In this document: positions 24,592-32,864 of the stretch, one piece after another
Layout: each line of letters begins with the position of its first letter
Position numbering within the stretch: the stretch's first letter is position 1
Source: a virus
Lineage: Duplodnaviria > Heunggongvirae > Uroviricota > Caudoviricetes
Length of the DNA: 32,936 nucleotides
IMG/VR virus record: IMGVR_UViG_3300009132_000002
Strand: one strand, 5' to 3'
Notes under the pieces: model-generated
What the model was told of the DNA's origin: nothing
Database searches by the model: none
What the model saw: only the letters and a program-made list of their open reading frames with translations
Made by a program: the position numbers and the translations under genes

Positions 24592-24618
24592 ATATTTCCT
24601 TCTTTTAAATCATATGGA

Positions 24619-24810
24619 TTAGTCATCATCGTCGTCCTCGCATTCTTCTACTTCGCACGCTTCTGCAGTAAAATGTTCGTCACATTGGATGACGGCGCTA
24701 CTAAGATTTTTGCTTACTAACAAAATGTTACTAACCTCAGAAAGAGCTGCATCTATATCCTCGGCTTCTACTAGACAGTCAAAGGTACATCTAATTTCAT
24801 ATTTTTTCAT
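24619..24810 (-). CDS. Small acidic hypothetical protein
   Basis: ATG 24810 follows the upstream stop; ends in a poly-D tract. Confidence 0.55.
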   Translation of the reverse strand: MKKYEIRCTFDCLVEAEDIDAALSEVSNILLVSKNLSSAVIQCDEHFTAEACEVEECEDDDDD

Positions 24811-24811
24811 C

Positions 24812-25033
24812 TTACCACTCCGGCGCTGAATATTCGCTGTGCTTCTTATACAATATACTACCATCTAATCCATAAGCCGGACAGATTGAAATATATTCGG
24901 GCATACCATCCTCATCATGATCACCAGCTTCACCGCAAATAAAATATGCTCCACTCTTTTCAGGTTCAGAGTGAATTAAAATTTTCTTTAGTATCTGAAA
25001 CTGCTCATATTCCTTTTCAGTTATTTCAGGCAT
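24812..25033 (-). CDS. Hypothetical protein
   Basis: 73 aa, AAGGAG RBS, 1-nt overlap with upstream gene. Confidence 0.7.
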   Translation of the reverse strand: MPEITEKEYEQFQILKKILIHSEPEKSGAYFICGEAGDHDEDGMPEYISICPAYGLDGSILYKKHSEYSAPEW

Positions 25034-25287
25034 TACTTATTCTCCTTTTCAAACCTCAAAGTGAAACCAGCCAAGACCACTTCATTATAGGGCTTGTACA
25101 TTACCCAATTGGCCTTGGCCGAGACACCTGCAAGCGCGTGCCTTAAAGCTATAGCTGATTTATAACCTTCATCGATTGAGGAATACTCTAAAGTGTCTGG
25201 AGGACTTATATCGTGTTTCATAAAAGCCCTTCTTAAATTCATCAACGCTGTGCCTATATCGTTGATTATTTCATCTGGTTCACTCAT
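25033..25287 (-). CDS. Hypothetical protein
   Basis: 84 aa, AAGGAG RBS. Confidence 0.7.
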   Translation of the reverse strand: MSEPDEIINDIGTALMNLRRAFMKHDISPPDTLEYSSIDEGYKSAIALRHALAGVSAKANWVMYKPYNEVVLAGFTLRFEKENK

Positions 25288-25301
25288 GGGGTTGCTCCTT
25301 T

Positions 25302-25541
25302 TTAATTTGAATGTGGTTTATAACTGTATCCTACTTTTTCGAGATATTTACTGTCGTTGTCCCAATAGACCTTCCCTGCTTGCCACCAAATATTGTCGCC
25401 AACCGAAGGCATCTCTGAGGCATTGCGTACGTCCACACAGCACTCATTGACACACCAAATATCACGTGGTGTTTCAACACACCAAAGCCGCGTAACGTCA
25501 GGGCCTTTGTGCGTAATACAGATAATCCAACCACCAACCAT
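25302..25541 (-). CDS. Hypothetical protein
   Basis: 79 aa, TAATG coupling to upstream gene, Trp/Cys-rich. Confidence 0.7.
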   Translation of the reverse strand: MVGGWIICITHKGPDVTRLWCVETPRDIWCVNECCVDVRNASEMPSVGDNIWWQAGKVYWDNDSKYLEKVGYSYKPHSN

Positions 25542-25732
25542 TATTCATTTTCTTTTTTAAGCCAGTCTGAAATAGCTTCAAGCAGCTTTGGTGCAGTCAT
25601 ATAGTGAGCATCAAAATCTCCGAGTGCATTTCTCGTCTCAATAACCACTCGATCAGCACCTTCAAGAGCCTGAACAAACACGTCAAAGAAGTTACGCTGG
25701 TCTTCTTCACAATCTTCATCATATTCATTCAT
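25541..25732 (-). CDS. Hypothetical protein
   Basis: 63 aa, GGAG RBS, ends KENE. Confidence 0.65.
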   Translation of the reverse strand: MNEYDEDCEEDQRNFFDVFVQALEGADRVVIETRNALGDFDAHYMTAPKLLEAISDWLKKENE

Positions 25733-25743
25733 GGGATTTCTCC

Positions 25744-26010
25744 TTAGTCTTCATACTTGGTAACTACTTCATAATCACCGGCTTCTAATTGATCAATAAT
25801 TTTAATTTCTTGGTCAACTCTCAACAAATTCCCTAACTCAGAAGATAGATCGATCAACTTTTCTTGGATTTGCTTAATACAAAGTTGGTGATACTCATCA
25901 TCTCGTTGAAGTTGATTGATCTGCCCTTTTATTTGATTAATTCTTTCATCAGCATCGGTGAGATCTCTGAATTTCTCAACTCTTTCATGGTTAAATACAA
26001 AATCCATCAT
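25744..26010 (-). CDS. Hypothetical coiled-coil protein
   Basis: 88 aa, AAGGAG RBS inside the shared junction motif. Confidence 0.7.
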   Translation of the reverse strand: MMDFVFNHERVEKFRDLTDADERINQIKGQINQLQRDDEYHQLCIKQIQEKLIDLSSELGNLLRVDQEIKIIDQLEAGDYEVVTKYED

Positions 26011-26153
26011 TCATTCTCCTTATCGCAGTCCTTTAGAGCGGCAAGTGCTTTAGTGAAGTGCTGCCATTTGTAAACCGCATTCAACGCATCTTTATCACTA
26101 ATGCGCTTCTGATAATTTTCGATATATACCCATTCGCTTTTAATTTCATCCAT
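26007..26153 (-). CDS. Small hypothetical protein (48 aa), missed by ORF track
   Basis: MDEIKSEWVYIENYQKRISDKDALNAVYKWQHFTKALAALKDCDKENE; AAGGAG RBS; ATGA overlap with next gene. Confidence 0.65.
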   Translation of the reverse strand: MDEIKSEWVYIENYQKRISDKDALNAVYKWQHFTKALAALKDCDKENE

Positions 26154-26583
26154 TATTCATTCTCCTTTAAATCGATCTAGCACGAAGTTGAACACGCTTG
26201 GTTGTAAAAATCAGAGTTCCTCAAGCAACGACTCCAGTTCTTTGATCTGACCTTCCCATTGAATCAGTTGATATGGATGATTTTTGCCATCCTGTTTGTC
26301 TGTATATAATTCCCAATATAAATCGTCCATTTTATTAATTGTAATTATAGCGCCAGCGAGTTTTTCCTGTAGCTCTTTGATTTTAGCTTCATGGATGTCT
26401 GCGCGGATGTATTCTTTAAAGCAGTCATCTGGTGGTTCTGGGCTAGTAGAGTGGGCAATAAAACAAGCAGTGCTTACCTCATTACTCTTTAAGGCTTGGG
26501 TCCAAAGACTGTTTGGCATATCAATCATGAGATTGCTCCTTATATACCCATTCGCTTTTAATTTCATCCATTATTCATTCTCC
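26123..26583. repeat. 43-bp exact direct repeat (26123-26165 and 26541-26583)
   Basis: tatatacccattcgcttttaatttcatccattattcattctcc twice, 418 bp apart, flanking one ORF. Confidence 0.95.
26211..26528 (-). CDS. Hypothetical coiled-coil protein between the 43-bp repeats
   Basis: AAGGAG followed by ATG at 26528 (MIDMPNSL...); track start 26567 lies inside the repeat. Confidence 0.65.
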   Translation of the reverse strand: MIDMPNSLWTQALKSNEVSTACFIAHSTSPEPPDDCFKEYIRADIHEAKIKELQEKLAGAIITINKMDDLYWELYTDKQDGKNHPYQLIQWEGQIKELESLLEEL

Positions 26584-27107
26584 CTTGAGTAATTTCTACT
26601 CCATCTCGTGTAATCTCCAGAGCGTCCTATCCACTCATAAACTTGACCGCTCGGTAGACGTATTAAATCGCCAATGTGGTTCCCTTTTTTTGGAAAGTCA
26701 TCGACCAATCTTGGAGTTTTCATTTCACCTGCATCGGCGGGCTTTCCAAGACGAGCAGCTTTAACACCATCGGCATACATTCTTTTGATCGCCTCAGTAT
26801 AGTCATCAAATGCCATCCCCCATTTGGGCTCTGCGTACTTCTTAAGCTGCGCTTCGGCTTCTTCAGCCCGAGTTAGTGCCACATGATTATCAGTCACAAC
26901 TCGCAACAATCCAGCAACTTGCGCCTCTAGTTCTTTAATGCGCTCGGCGTTATACTTTGTTAGCGAGTGCGGATAATGGCCGCAGGTTGGGTGGTGTCTT
27001 TTTTCACCGCCATGAAATGATAGGCACCCAGCCTCACAAGGTCCATCATATTCATGAGCGTCTTCTGACATAGCCTTTTCATCCATTGGTTCATTCATAT
27101 CACTCAT
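26571..27107 (-). CDS. Hypothetical protein (Cys/His motif plus coiled coil)
   Basis: 178 aa; CEAGC...HHPTCGHYPH; ends RENE. Confidence 0.7.
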   Translation of the reverse strand: MSDMNEPMDEKAMSEDAHEYDGPCEAGCLSFHGGEKRHHPTCGHYPHSLTKYNAERIKELEAQVAGLLRVVTDNHVALTRAEEAEAQLKKYAEPKWGMAFDDYTEAIKRMYADGVKAARLGKPADAGEMKTPRLVDDFPKKGNHIGDLIRLPSGQVYEWIGRSGDYTRWSRNYSRENE

Positions 27108-27385
27108 AGCGTTTCCTCGTTAAGAATTTTTAATGCCCAATTAACATTTTCAAGAAGCTCAATATCTGAGGCGCTAACATCCCATCCCCGTTGCATTTCT
27201 AAAGAGACATAGTACGCTCTGTGATACCCTAGCCCAATGGCCATTGCTGCTTTTTCTCTTGTGTTAAATTTGTTTATAATTTCAATTCTTTTTTTATCAA
27301 CAGGATCTAAAGAGCGTACCTGATAGTCTTGATAGTTGTAGCCCATTATTATTCTCCCTAGCCTTATTTTCTCTTCCACATCCAT
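27104..27385 (-). CDS. Hypothetical protein
   Basis: 93 aa, ATGA overlap with next gene. Confidence 0.6.
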   Translation of the reverse strand: MDVEEKIRLGRIIMGYNYQDYQVRSLDPVDKKRIEIINKFNTREKAAMAIGLGYHRAYYVSLEMQRGWDVSASDIELLENVNWALKILNEETL

Positions 27386-27459
27386 ATGTTAAAACATATG
27401 ACGCCAAGACTAATAGTGATTGCGACTATGTTTACTATTCCTGCATCACTTTCATTCAT
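27364..27459 (-). CDS. Small single-pass membrane peptide (31 aa), missed by ORF track
   Basis: MNESDAGIVNIVAITISLGVICFNIWMWKRK; GGAG RBS; first ORF after early promoter copy C. Confidence 0.5.
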   Translation of the reverse strand: MNESDAGIVNIVAITISLGVICFNIWMWKRK

Positions 27460-27491
27460 TTTCTTCTCCGTGCCAAATTAGTTTATAGTTC

Positions 27492-27531
27492 TTTATATCA
27501 TATTTACAAGTAAAAGTAAACCCCTAAAATG
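27492..27531 (-). promoter_or_regulatory. Early promoter with conserved 16-bp upstream element (copy C)
   Basis: CATTTTAGGGGTTTACT-17 nt-TATAAA. Confidence 0.75.
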
Positions 27532-27551
27532 CACATATATCCTTTTTATTT

Positions 27552-27896
27552 TTATCTTTCATATCTGCGCTGATGTTTCATTAAATCTAATAAGTCATGA
27601 CACATTTCTTGAATTTCTGGATCGTGAGTACTAGCCAGAATGTCATGTACTATAGGCAACATATCTTTAAATAAATGTGCATGGACTGCGTCTAATGCGT
27701 GTCTTGTTTTCATTTCAAGTTGCGCATCATTTGACCAAAACTCATAGTTGAGTTTATGAGTAATAATATATTTTTCTTGAAACAATTCCTCGCCGATATA
27801 TTGGCTTATAGGATCATCTATTTTAATCCTTGTAATGTCTCGGATTTTCTGAGGTGCATATCTTCTTTCACGTGTGTTTTTACGTTCAAATTCCAT
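27552..27896 (-). CDS. Hypothetical protein
   Basis: 114-aa ORF in the operon. Confidence 0.7.
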   Translation of the reverse strand: MEFERKNTRERRYAPQKIRDITRIKIDDPISQYIGEELFQEKYIITHKLNYEFWSNDAQLEMKTRHALDAVHAHLFKDMLPIVHDILASTHDPEIQEMCHDLLDLMKHQRRYER

Positions 27897-27910
27897 GATT
27901 TATTTAATCC

Positions 27911-28375
27911 TTAATCCCAAAGTGATTCATAATATTTTCCAAATAATCTAAAACCATTTGTCATACGTTCTTGATGCTTCTTAATACCTTCATCGTCAAT
28001 CCATTCAAAATGACCACCCAATGGCTCATCATCTTTGTCTATCCAAGAACCATAATATTTGCTCGTTCCGTCATCAAAAGTCTTTTGTTCAAATGCCCAG
28101 ATCATTTCATCTAGTACCCATTTCCATCTAAGAAAGAACTGCCCATCTGGTTCACCAAGCTCCTCATACTTAACCTTTGCTTCTTCTGACATTCCCATGC
28201 CTAATGGTACGTCACATTCTTCAACCATAGGAGCACCGTGCATAGTTTCCTTTAATTGAATAAGCATAGGCAAAATGATAAGAGCAAGTGTATGATCCAT
28301 ACTCCAAGTGTCAAACGGTTCAATTTCAACACGCTTAGCACGGTTCTTTCTATATGGTCCTATGCGAACTTTCAT
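27911..28375 (-). CDS. Conserved hypothetical protein of T4-like phages
   Basis: DTWSMDHTLALIILPMLIQLK...WKWVLDEMIWAFE...GFRLFGKYYESLWD. Confidence 0.8.
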   Translation of the reverse strand: MKVRIGPYRKNRAKRVEIEPFDTWSMDHTLALIILPMLIQLKETMHGAPMVEECDVPLGMGMSEEAKVKYEELGEPDGQFFLRWKWVLDEMIWAFEQKTFDDGTSKYYGSWIDKDDEPLGGHFEWIDDEGIKKHQERMTNGFRLFGKYYESLWD

Positions 28376-28381
28376 AATTTA

Positions 28382-28663
28382 CTATTCCTTATATTTTTTC
28401 CATTTCCAACCGAAAAATATGTATTGCATATATCTATGTAAAATATTAGGTCGTTTTCCTTTTGGATGTGCTATAGACCAATGAGGGGTTATATATTGTA
28501 ACCATTCAGTTTCTGCCGGAAGCTCAAATGAGTAGTTTTCAATAGTTGTATCATTAGGAGACTTAAGCATTATCTCCTCATAGGTTTCATATTGTCTAAG
28601 TTTAAGATGATCATTAGTCATATTATTGATTACTTCCTGTTGGCATTTCAATATTCTTTTCAT
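28382..28663 (-). CDS. Hypothetical protein
   Basis: 93-aa ORF; start uncertain (may begin at MTNDHL). Confidence 0.55.
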   Translation of the reverse strand: MKRILKCQQEVINNMTNDHLKLRQYETYEEIMLKSPNDTTIENYSFELPAETEWLQYITPHWSIAHPKGKRPNILHRYMQYIFFGWKWKKYKE

Positions 28664-28958
28664 CCCATTCTAACACCGAAGCGCGCCAATCTCTAATCCA
28701 TTTTAATTTATCTTCTTTAGACCAACCAGATAGATAGGCATTATCTTTGTCAAACAAGAGTAAAAGAGTATCCTCATCATATGTTTGAACATCAACAATA
28801 TTTTCATTTAAATCTAGCTGACTAAATTCTTTTATTTCACGACATGTTACGGAATCTTCAATAAAAACTACAGGATCACAATCATCTATATCTTCTATTG
28901 GAACCACATAACGTGTTCTAAATTGCTGTACAGCTGTTAATACTACATACTCAGTCAT
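28623..28958 (-). CDS. Conserved hypothetical protein
   Basis: Start moved to ATG 28958 (MTEYVVL) behind GAGG. Confidence 0.7.
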   Translation of the reverse strand: MTEYVVLTAVQQFRTRYVVPIEDIDDCDPVVFIEDSVTCREIKEFSQLDLNENIVDVQTYDEDTLLLLFDKDNAYLSGWSKEDKLKWIRDWRASVLEWDEKNIEMPTGSNQ

Positions 28959-29127
28959 CTGATATTTCCTCATCATCATAGTGTACAAATATTTTAAGAG
29001 TTTTTCCGTCGTCTTGAAATTGTACTTCTACATCATCTACCCAATTTTTAGTATATACACGACCATTATTATCAATAACTTCTACTCTTGTCACATCCCA
29101 GAAGTTTAAGTTTTTTAAATTAGTCAT
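28951..29127 (-). CDS. Conserved small phage protein (58 aa), missed by ORF track
   Basis: MTNLKNLNFWDVTRVEVIDNNGRVYTKNWVDDVEVQFQDDGKTLKIFVHYDDEEISDD; fills the gap exactly. Confidence 0.75.
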   Translation of the reverse strand: MTNLKNLNFWDVTRVEVIDNNGRVYTKNWVDDVEVQFQDDGKTLKIFVHYDDEEISDD

Positions 29128-29132
29128 CTATA

Positions 29133-29477
29133 TTATCCATATCCTACAGTTTCACGTTCAATATCATTGTGATTAAACTCAGCCCAATACAATTCATATG
29201 CAATACCTGACTCTAAACATTCGAATTGATGATATAAGCCAGGCTTTACTTTATGATAATCGCCTTCATATAAAATAGTTTCATCAACAAGATCATAGTC
29301 TTTTTGCCAAACACGAACTAACATTACGCCCTTTTCAACAAAGAAACCATTCCATTTAAATTCATGGAGGTGTTTAGAACACACTCCGCCTTTATTCATT
29401 TGAATACGGTGAAACTCTAAAGCACCATTTGCTTCAATAAGTTCTGTCACACCCCATACTTTGCCAGCCTTAGTCAT
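29133..29477 (-). CDS. Cupin-fold protein (mannose-6-phosphate isomerase type II-like)
   Basis: KVWG, cupin motif 1 SKHLHEFKWNGFFVEKG and motif 2 VKPGLYHQF. Confidence 0.75.
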   Translation of the reverse strand: MTKAGKVWGVTELIEANGALEFHRIQMNKGGVCSKHLHEFKWNGFFVEKGVMLVRVWQKDYDLVDETILYEGDYHKVKPGLYHQFECLESGIAYELYWAEFNHNDIERETVGYG

Positions 29478-29500
29478 CTTTTACTCCGTGCTAAAATTAT

Positions 29501-29529
29501 ATTATATCACACCTACATACTTATGTAAA
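29501..29529 (-). promoter_or_regulatory. Sigma70/early-type promoter
   Basis: TTTACA-17 nt-TATAAT with TG extension. Confidence 0.75.
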
Positions 29530-30233
29530 CCACTATTTTCAATTGCAAATAATATTCTTTGCGTATCCTTCCAGTCTTTTACCTTATAATTACAAGAACC
29601 ATCGTTCCTTTGTTCAATTTCATCAGCCAAAGGATAATCGTTGCCACCATATTCCATCTTATCACCAAAAAATGAGATTGGACCTTTAATAAAATCAGCC
29701 ACCTGTCTTTTATCAGAATTTAAGCGTAAAATATCAATGCCTGTTTCACCTGCGACCTGTGCCCTATAATAGGAAAATGTTTGATTAAATCTACGAGCAA
29801 TGTCTTTTCTTTCGTTTTTATGCTGATCCCATTGTGTATATAAAAATCTTTGTTCGAAATCTGCACCTCTGCCAACAATACTAAAATTTACTAATCCGGG
29901 TCGATATTCAATATGTTGTCCAGTTCTTATATTAAACTTACTAGCAGTTAACTCTTTTTTTAGCCAATCAACAGCATCACGAGGAAGATCCCATGTATTA
30001 GTATAAATTTCTTCTCCATTTTGCCAAATGCTATTACCGCTACAATTAAAGCATTTAATAACACTTTCACATATTTTACTACCAACCTGCTGTATTGTTT
30101 TCTCGTAATCAGATCCGGTTACAAGATATACATTATACTTTTCTATAAATTTCAAAAAGAATTTTTCAAAGTCTCTATCCATTCTCATTCGGCTTGGTGT
30201 TAAAGTTCCGTCTACATCAAATACATAATTCAT
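29502..30233 (-). CDS. HAD-IIB phosphomannomutase (eukaryotic PMM-like)
   Basis: YVFDVDGTLT, LVTGSD, IEYRPGLVNFSIVGR, FFGDK...GGNDYP; ATG 30233 overlaps the gp43 stop (ATGA). Confidence 0.85.
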   Translation of the reverse strand: MNYVFDVDGTLTPSRMRMDRDFEKFFLKFIEKYNVYLVTGSDYEKTIQQVGSKICESVIKCFNCSGNSIWQNGEEIYTNTWDLPRDAVDWLKKELTASKFNIRTGQHIEYRPGLVNFSIVGRGADFEQRFLYTQWDQHKNERKDIARRFNQTFSYYRAQVAGETGIDILRLNSDKRQVADFIKGPISFFGDKMEYGGNDYPLADEIEQRNDGSCNYKVKDWKDTQRILFAIENSGLHKYVGVI

Positions 30234-32812
30234 CCAAAAAAGTCCTCCAGTGTTTGCACATCCTTGACAGACCATCCAACGGCTTCAAGAATAGGATTAA
30301 GTGGTTCAATAAAAGTTTTTTCAAATTGCATCTCATAGTCTACATATTTATGCAGATTTAATTCTTCAGGCAGATAGTCAGGAAAGGAAATTACATTCTC
30401 ACGAATAGGATTCGGAAGCTTCATATATGTAAATTTAATCTTTTCTCCGTTTTGTATCATAATATATTTCTTATCTAGTGCCTTATCTTTAACGTGATGG
30501 TTATATAAAAGTGCACCACGAACGTGAATAGGTGTGGTTTTTATTGTTGCTGTTTGATTACCCGACGACCATTGTTTAGAGTGATTTGAGTTACAATAAA
30601 TATTCTTCTTATGCGAAAACTTACTAATATCAGAAACACCACGTGGAAATGCCACGGCTTCAGGTGGTAAAGATTTAAACTTTTCTTTAAAGTCATTAAT
30701 ATATCTACGAGTTTCTGTTTCAGTACTAGTAATAATAACCTTAAATATTTCTTTAAACTTTTCTCGGACTACCTCAGGAGTTGATGATTTAATAGCCTCA
30801 ATACCCATCATCTTTAACTTAGGTTCTGCATATTGAACACCTTCATTATTGTGTACGTTAAGTATATAGCGTTTTTTTGCAGTCCATATACCACGATCAG
30901 CAATAACTTCTCTGCCCATTTCCATGCGTGGAGTATAACCATTAAGTCTATGATACAAACCGTCATACGCTTTAGCAATAATTTTCTCAAAGTGGTCTTG
31001 ACATAGTTTATCAATGGCTTTTACTGGATCTTTTGGTTTTAGTTTAGAAACAAGAGGTCCAAAATTAATATAAACTGAATCTGTATCAATAGCAATAACA
31101 TAATCAAAATCATCAGTCTTAAGGATCTTATTCATCTCTTGATTAATAGCACGCTCTGCCCACTTGATGGAAAGTTGACCAGTTAAGGTTACACTCTCAG
31201 CAAGAGCATTATCAAAGTATTTAAAATGTTTATTAGCAAGAGCGCCATAAAGAGAATTAAGTAAAATCTTAATTGACATTTGGTTATTTTCTAGCTGGTT
31301 AATTTCTGCTTCAAGATATGAAGATTTTGTTTTTTCATATTGTGATTTGGCATCCAACATCTTTTTCTTAATTACACTTCTTTCCGAATAGTAATCAACA
31401 ATAAGTTCTGGAATTACACCTTGCTTTTCTCTTGAGAAAGGAACACCACTTGCACAAACAGAATATTCGCTATCTACTTGAGTTTCACCATTTAAATAAT
31501 AATCAACACCTTGTTGGAATGTTCTCCAAGTTTTATTACGAATAATAGTCTCTGGAGATATATTAGATTGTACAATAATATTTGGATATAGAGAATTTAA
31601 ATCGAACGATACTACCCAGTCATGTGCACCGACTTGAGGATCTTTTACATATCCGCCCTCGATAATGTTAGGATTAGAATTGTTTACATAAGCAACTCTT
31701 TGTATTTGTTCTACTGGAGATACAATGTTTTTTGAAAGAAGTCTTCGATAAAGAATTGACTCCCAGATAGATGTTGTACCAAATGTTTCAGAAAGATTAG
31801 TACCCGCTCTGTAAGCCATAGTCATTGCTAAGTTAATAAGACCCATTTTTTGATCAATACGATCTACAAGTTGAACATCCTTAATATTATAATCAATAAA
31901 TTTTTGATGGTCATTCTTATATAAAGTATACAAATTACCATGTTCTTCATATGATAGTTTCTTTTCTCCAAGAACGGTATGTGCTACGTGATCTAGTTTA
32001 TACGATTCTTGAGTTCCATATGAATATCCAAACTTTTTAAATAGTTCAAGATAATCTGCTTGTTGAATACCAACAATCTCATGATTAACCTGAGGTCTGC
32101 CCATGATTGTGGTATTTCTTTCATTAACAAGTTTCCACGGGGATAGTTTATTAGCAGCTTCTTCCGTACCAATAATTTTAATACGATTAACAAGATATGG
32201 AATATCAAAAAAACGAATATGCCAGCCAGTAATAATATCAGGATAATTTTTAGTCCAATATGTTAAGAATGAAGCTAAAAGATGATTCTCAGATTCACAG
32301 TGATGATATTGTATCTGTTCACCTCTCATGTCAAGCTCAGTTTTTGCAGGATCATACTCGTCTAAACCCCAGACTTGATATATCGAAGATTTACTAGACT
32401 TGAGAGTAATAGATATAATTGGATATGCTGCTTGTTCCGGAACAGGAAATCCATCATCCGAAGCAACCTCTATATCAAAGTTTACTACATTTATACTACT
32501 TGGATTAAATTTAATATCATCAGGAAACTTATCTGCAATAAACTGATGAATATAATTACGTGTGCCGTATATCTTTACACCATCCATTTCTGAATACTGT
32601 TCAAGAAATTCTTTAGCTTCACGCATATTCTCAAATTGTACAGGAGATATATTACCCCCGTCAAATGATTTTATTTCTGTGGGATCTTTAGATGCCACCC
32701 AGAATTTTGGTTTAAATTTATAACGTTGATTTATTGGTGTACCGTTAGGGGAATATCCACGATAAAGAATAGAATTGCCATAACGGTTCACAGAAGTGTA
32801 GAATGAATTCAA
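30230..32812 (-). CDS. 43: T4 gp43-like family B DNA polymerase
   Basis: Exo FDIEV, SFDLNSLYP, KILLNSLYG, AIDTDS, KKRY; C-terminal clamp peptide TLEDFFG. Confidence 0.98.
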   Translation of the reverse strand: MNSFYTSVNRYGNSILYRGYSPNGTPINQRYKFKPKFWVASKDPTEIKSFDGGNISPVQFENMREAKEFLEQYSEMDGVKIYGTRNYIHQFIADKFPDDIKFNPSSINVVNFDIEVASDDGFPVPEQAAYPIISITLKSSKSSIYQVWGLDEYDPAKTELDMRGEQIQYHHCESENHLLASFLTYWTKNYPDIITGWHIRFFDIPYLVNRIKIIGTEEAANKLSPWKLVNERNTTIMGRPQVNHEIVGIQQADYLELFKKFGYSYGTQESYKLDHVAHTVLGEKKLSYEEHGNLYTLYKNDHQKFIDYNIKDVQLVDRIDQKMGLINLAMTMAYRAGTNLSETFGTTSIWESILYRRLLSKNIVSPVEQIQRVAYVNNSNPNIIEGGYVKDPQVGAHDWVVSFDLNSLYPNIIVQSNISPETIIRNKTWRTFQQGVDYYLNGETQVDSEYSVCASGVPFSREKQGVIPELIVDYYSERSVIKKKMLDAKSQYEKTKSSYLEAEINQLENNQMSIKILLNSLYGALANKHFKYFDNALAESVTLTGQLSIKWAERAINQEMNKILKTDDFDYVIAIDTDSVYINFGPLVSKLKPKDPVKAIDKLCQDHFEKIIAKAYDGLYHRLNGYTPRMEMGREVIADRGIWTAKKRYILNVHNNEGVQYAEPKLKMMGIEAIKSSTPEVVREKFKEIFKVIITSTETETRRYINDFKEKFKSLPPEAVAFPRGVSDISKFSHKKNIYCNSNHSKQWSSGNQTATIKTTPIHVRGALLYNHHVKDKALDKKYIMIQNGEKIKFTYMKLPNPIRENVISFPDYLPEELNLHKYVDYEMQFEKTFIEPLNPILEAVGWSVKDVQTLEDFFG

Positions 32813-32835
32813 ATTAATAACCTCCAGTTGGAATT

Positions 32836-32864
32836 ATTATATCATATTATGAGGTATTTGTAAA
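32836..32864 (-). promoter_or_regulatory. Sigma70/early-type promoter for gp43
   Basis: GTTTACA-17 nt-TATAAT with TG extension; GGAGG RBS downstream. Confidence 0.8.

Noticed and set aside
24619-29127. A dCMP hydroxymethylase (gp42) or TET/JBP dioxygenase hidden among the small ORFs
   Set aside because: None is long enough or shows thymidylate-synthase or HxD...H 2OG-Fe(II) motifs; the acceptor-generating enzyme, if any, lies outside the window.
1490-32593. Many 60-100-aa ORFs in the track that lie antisense to, or in alternate frames of, long genes (e.g. 1490..1672, 3746..3961, 8472..8663, 15116..15367, 18450..18692, 22097..22366, 30814..31014, 32375..32593)
   Set aside because: Fully nested in well-supported genes, no RBS, no recognisable motifs; expected shadow ORFs.
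30230-32812. Intron, intein or split in gp43 (also checked for gp41, uvsX and thyX)
   Set aside because: All are continuous ORFs of normal length with motifs in expected order and no intein or homing signatures.
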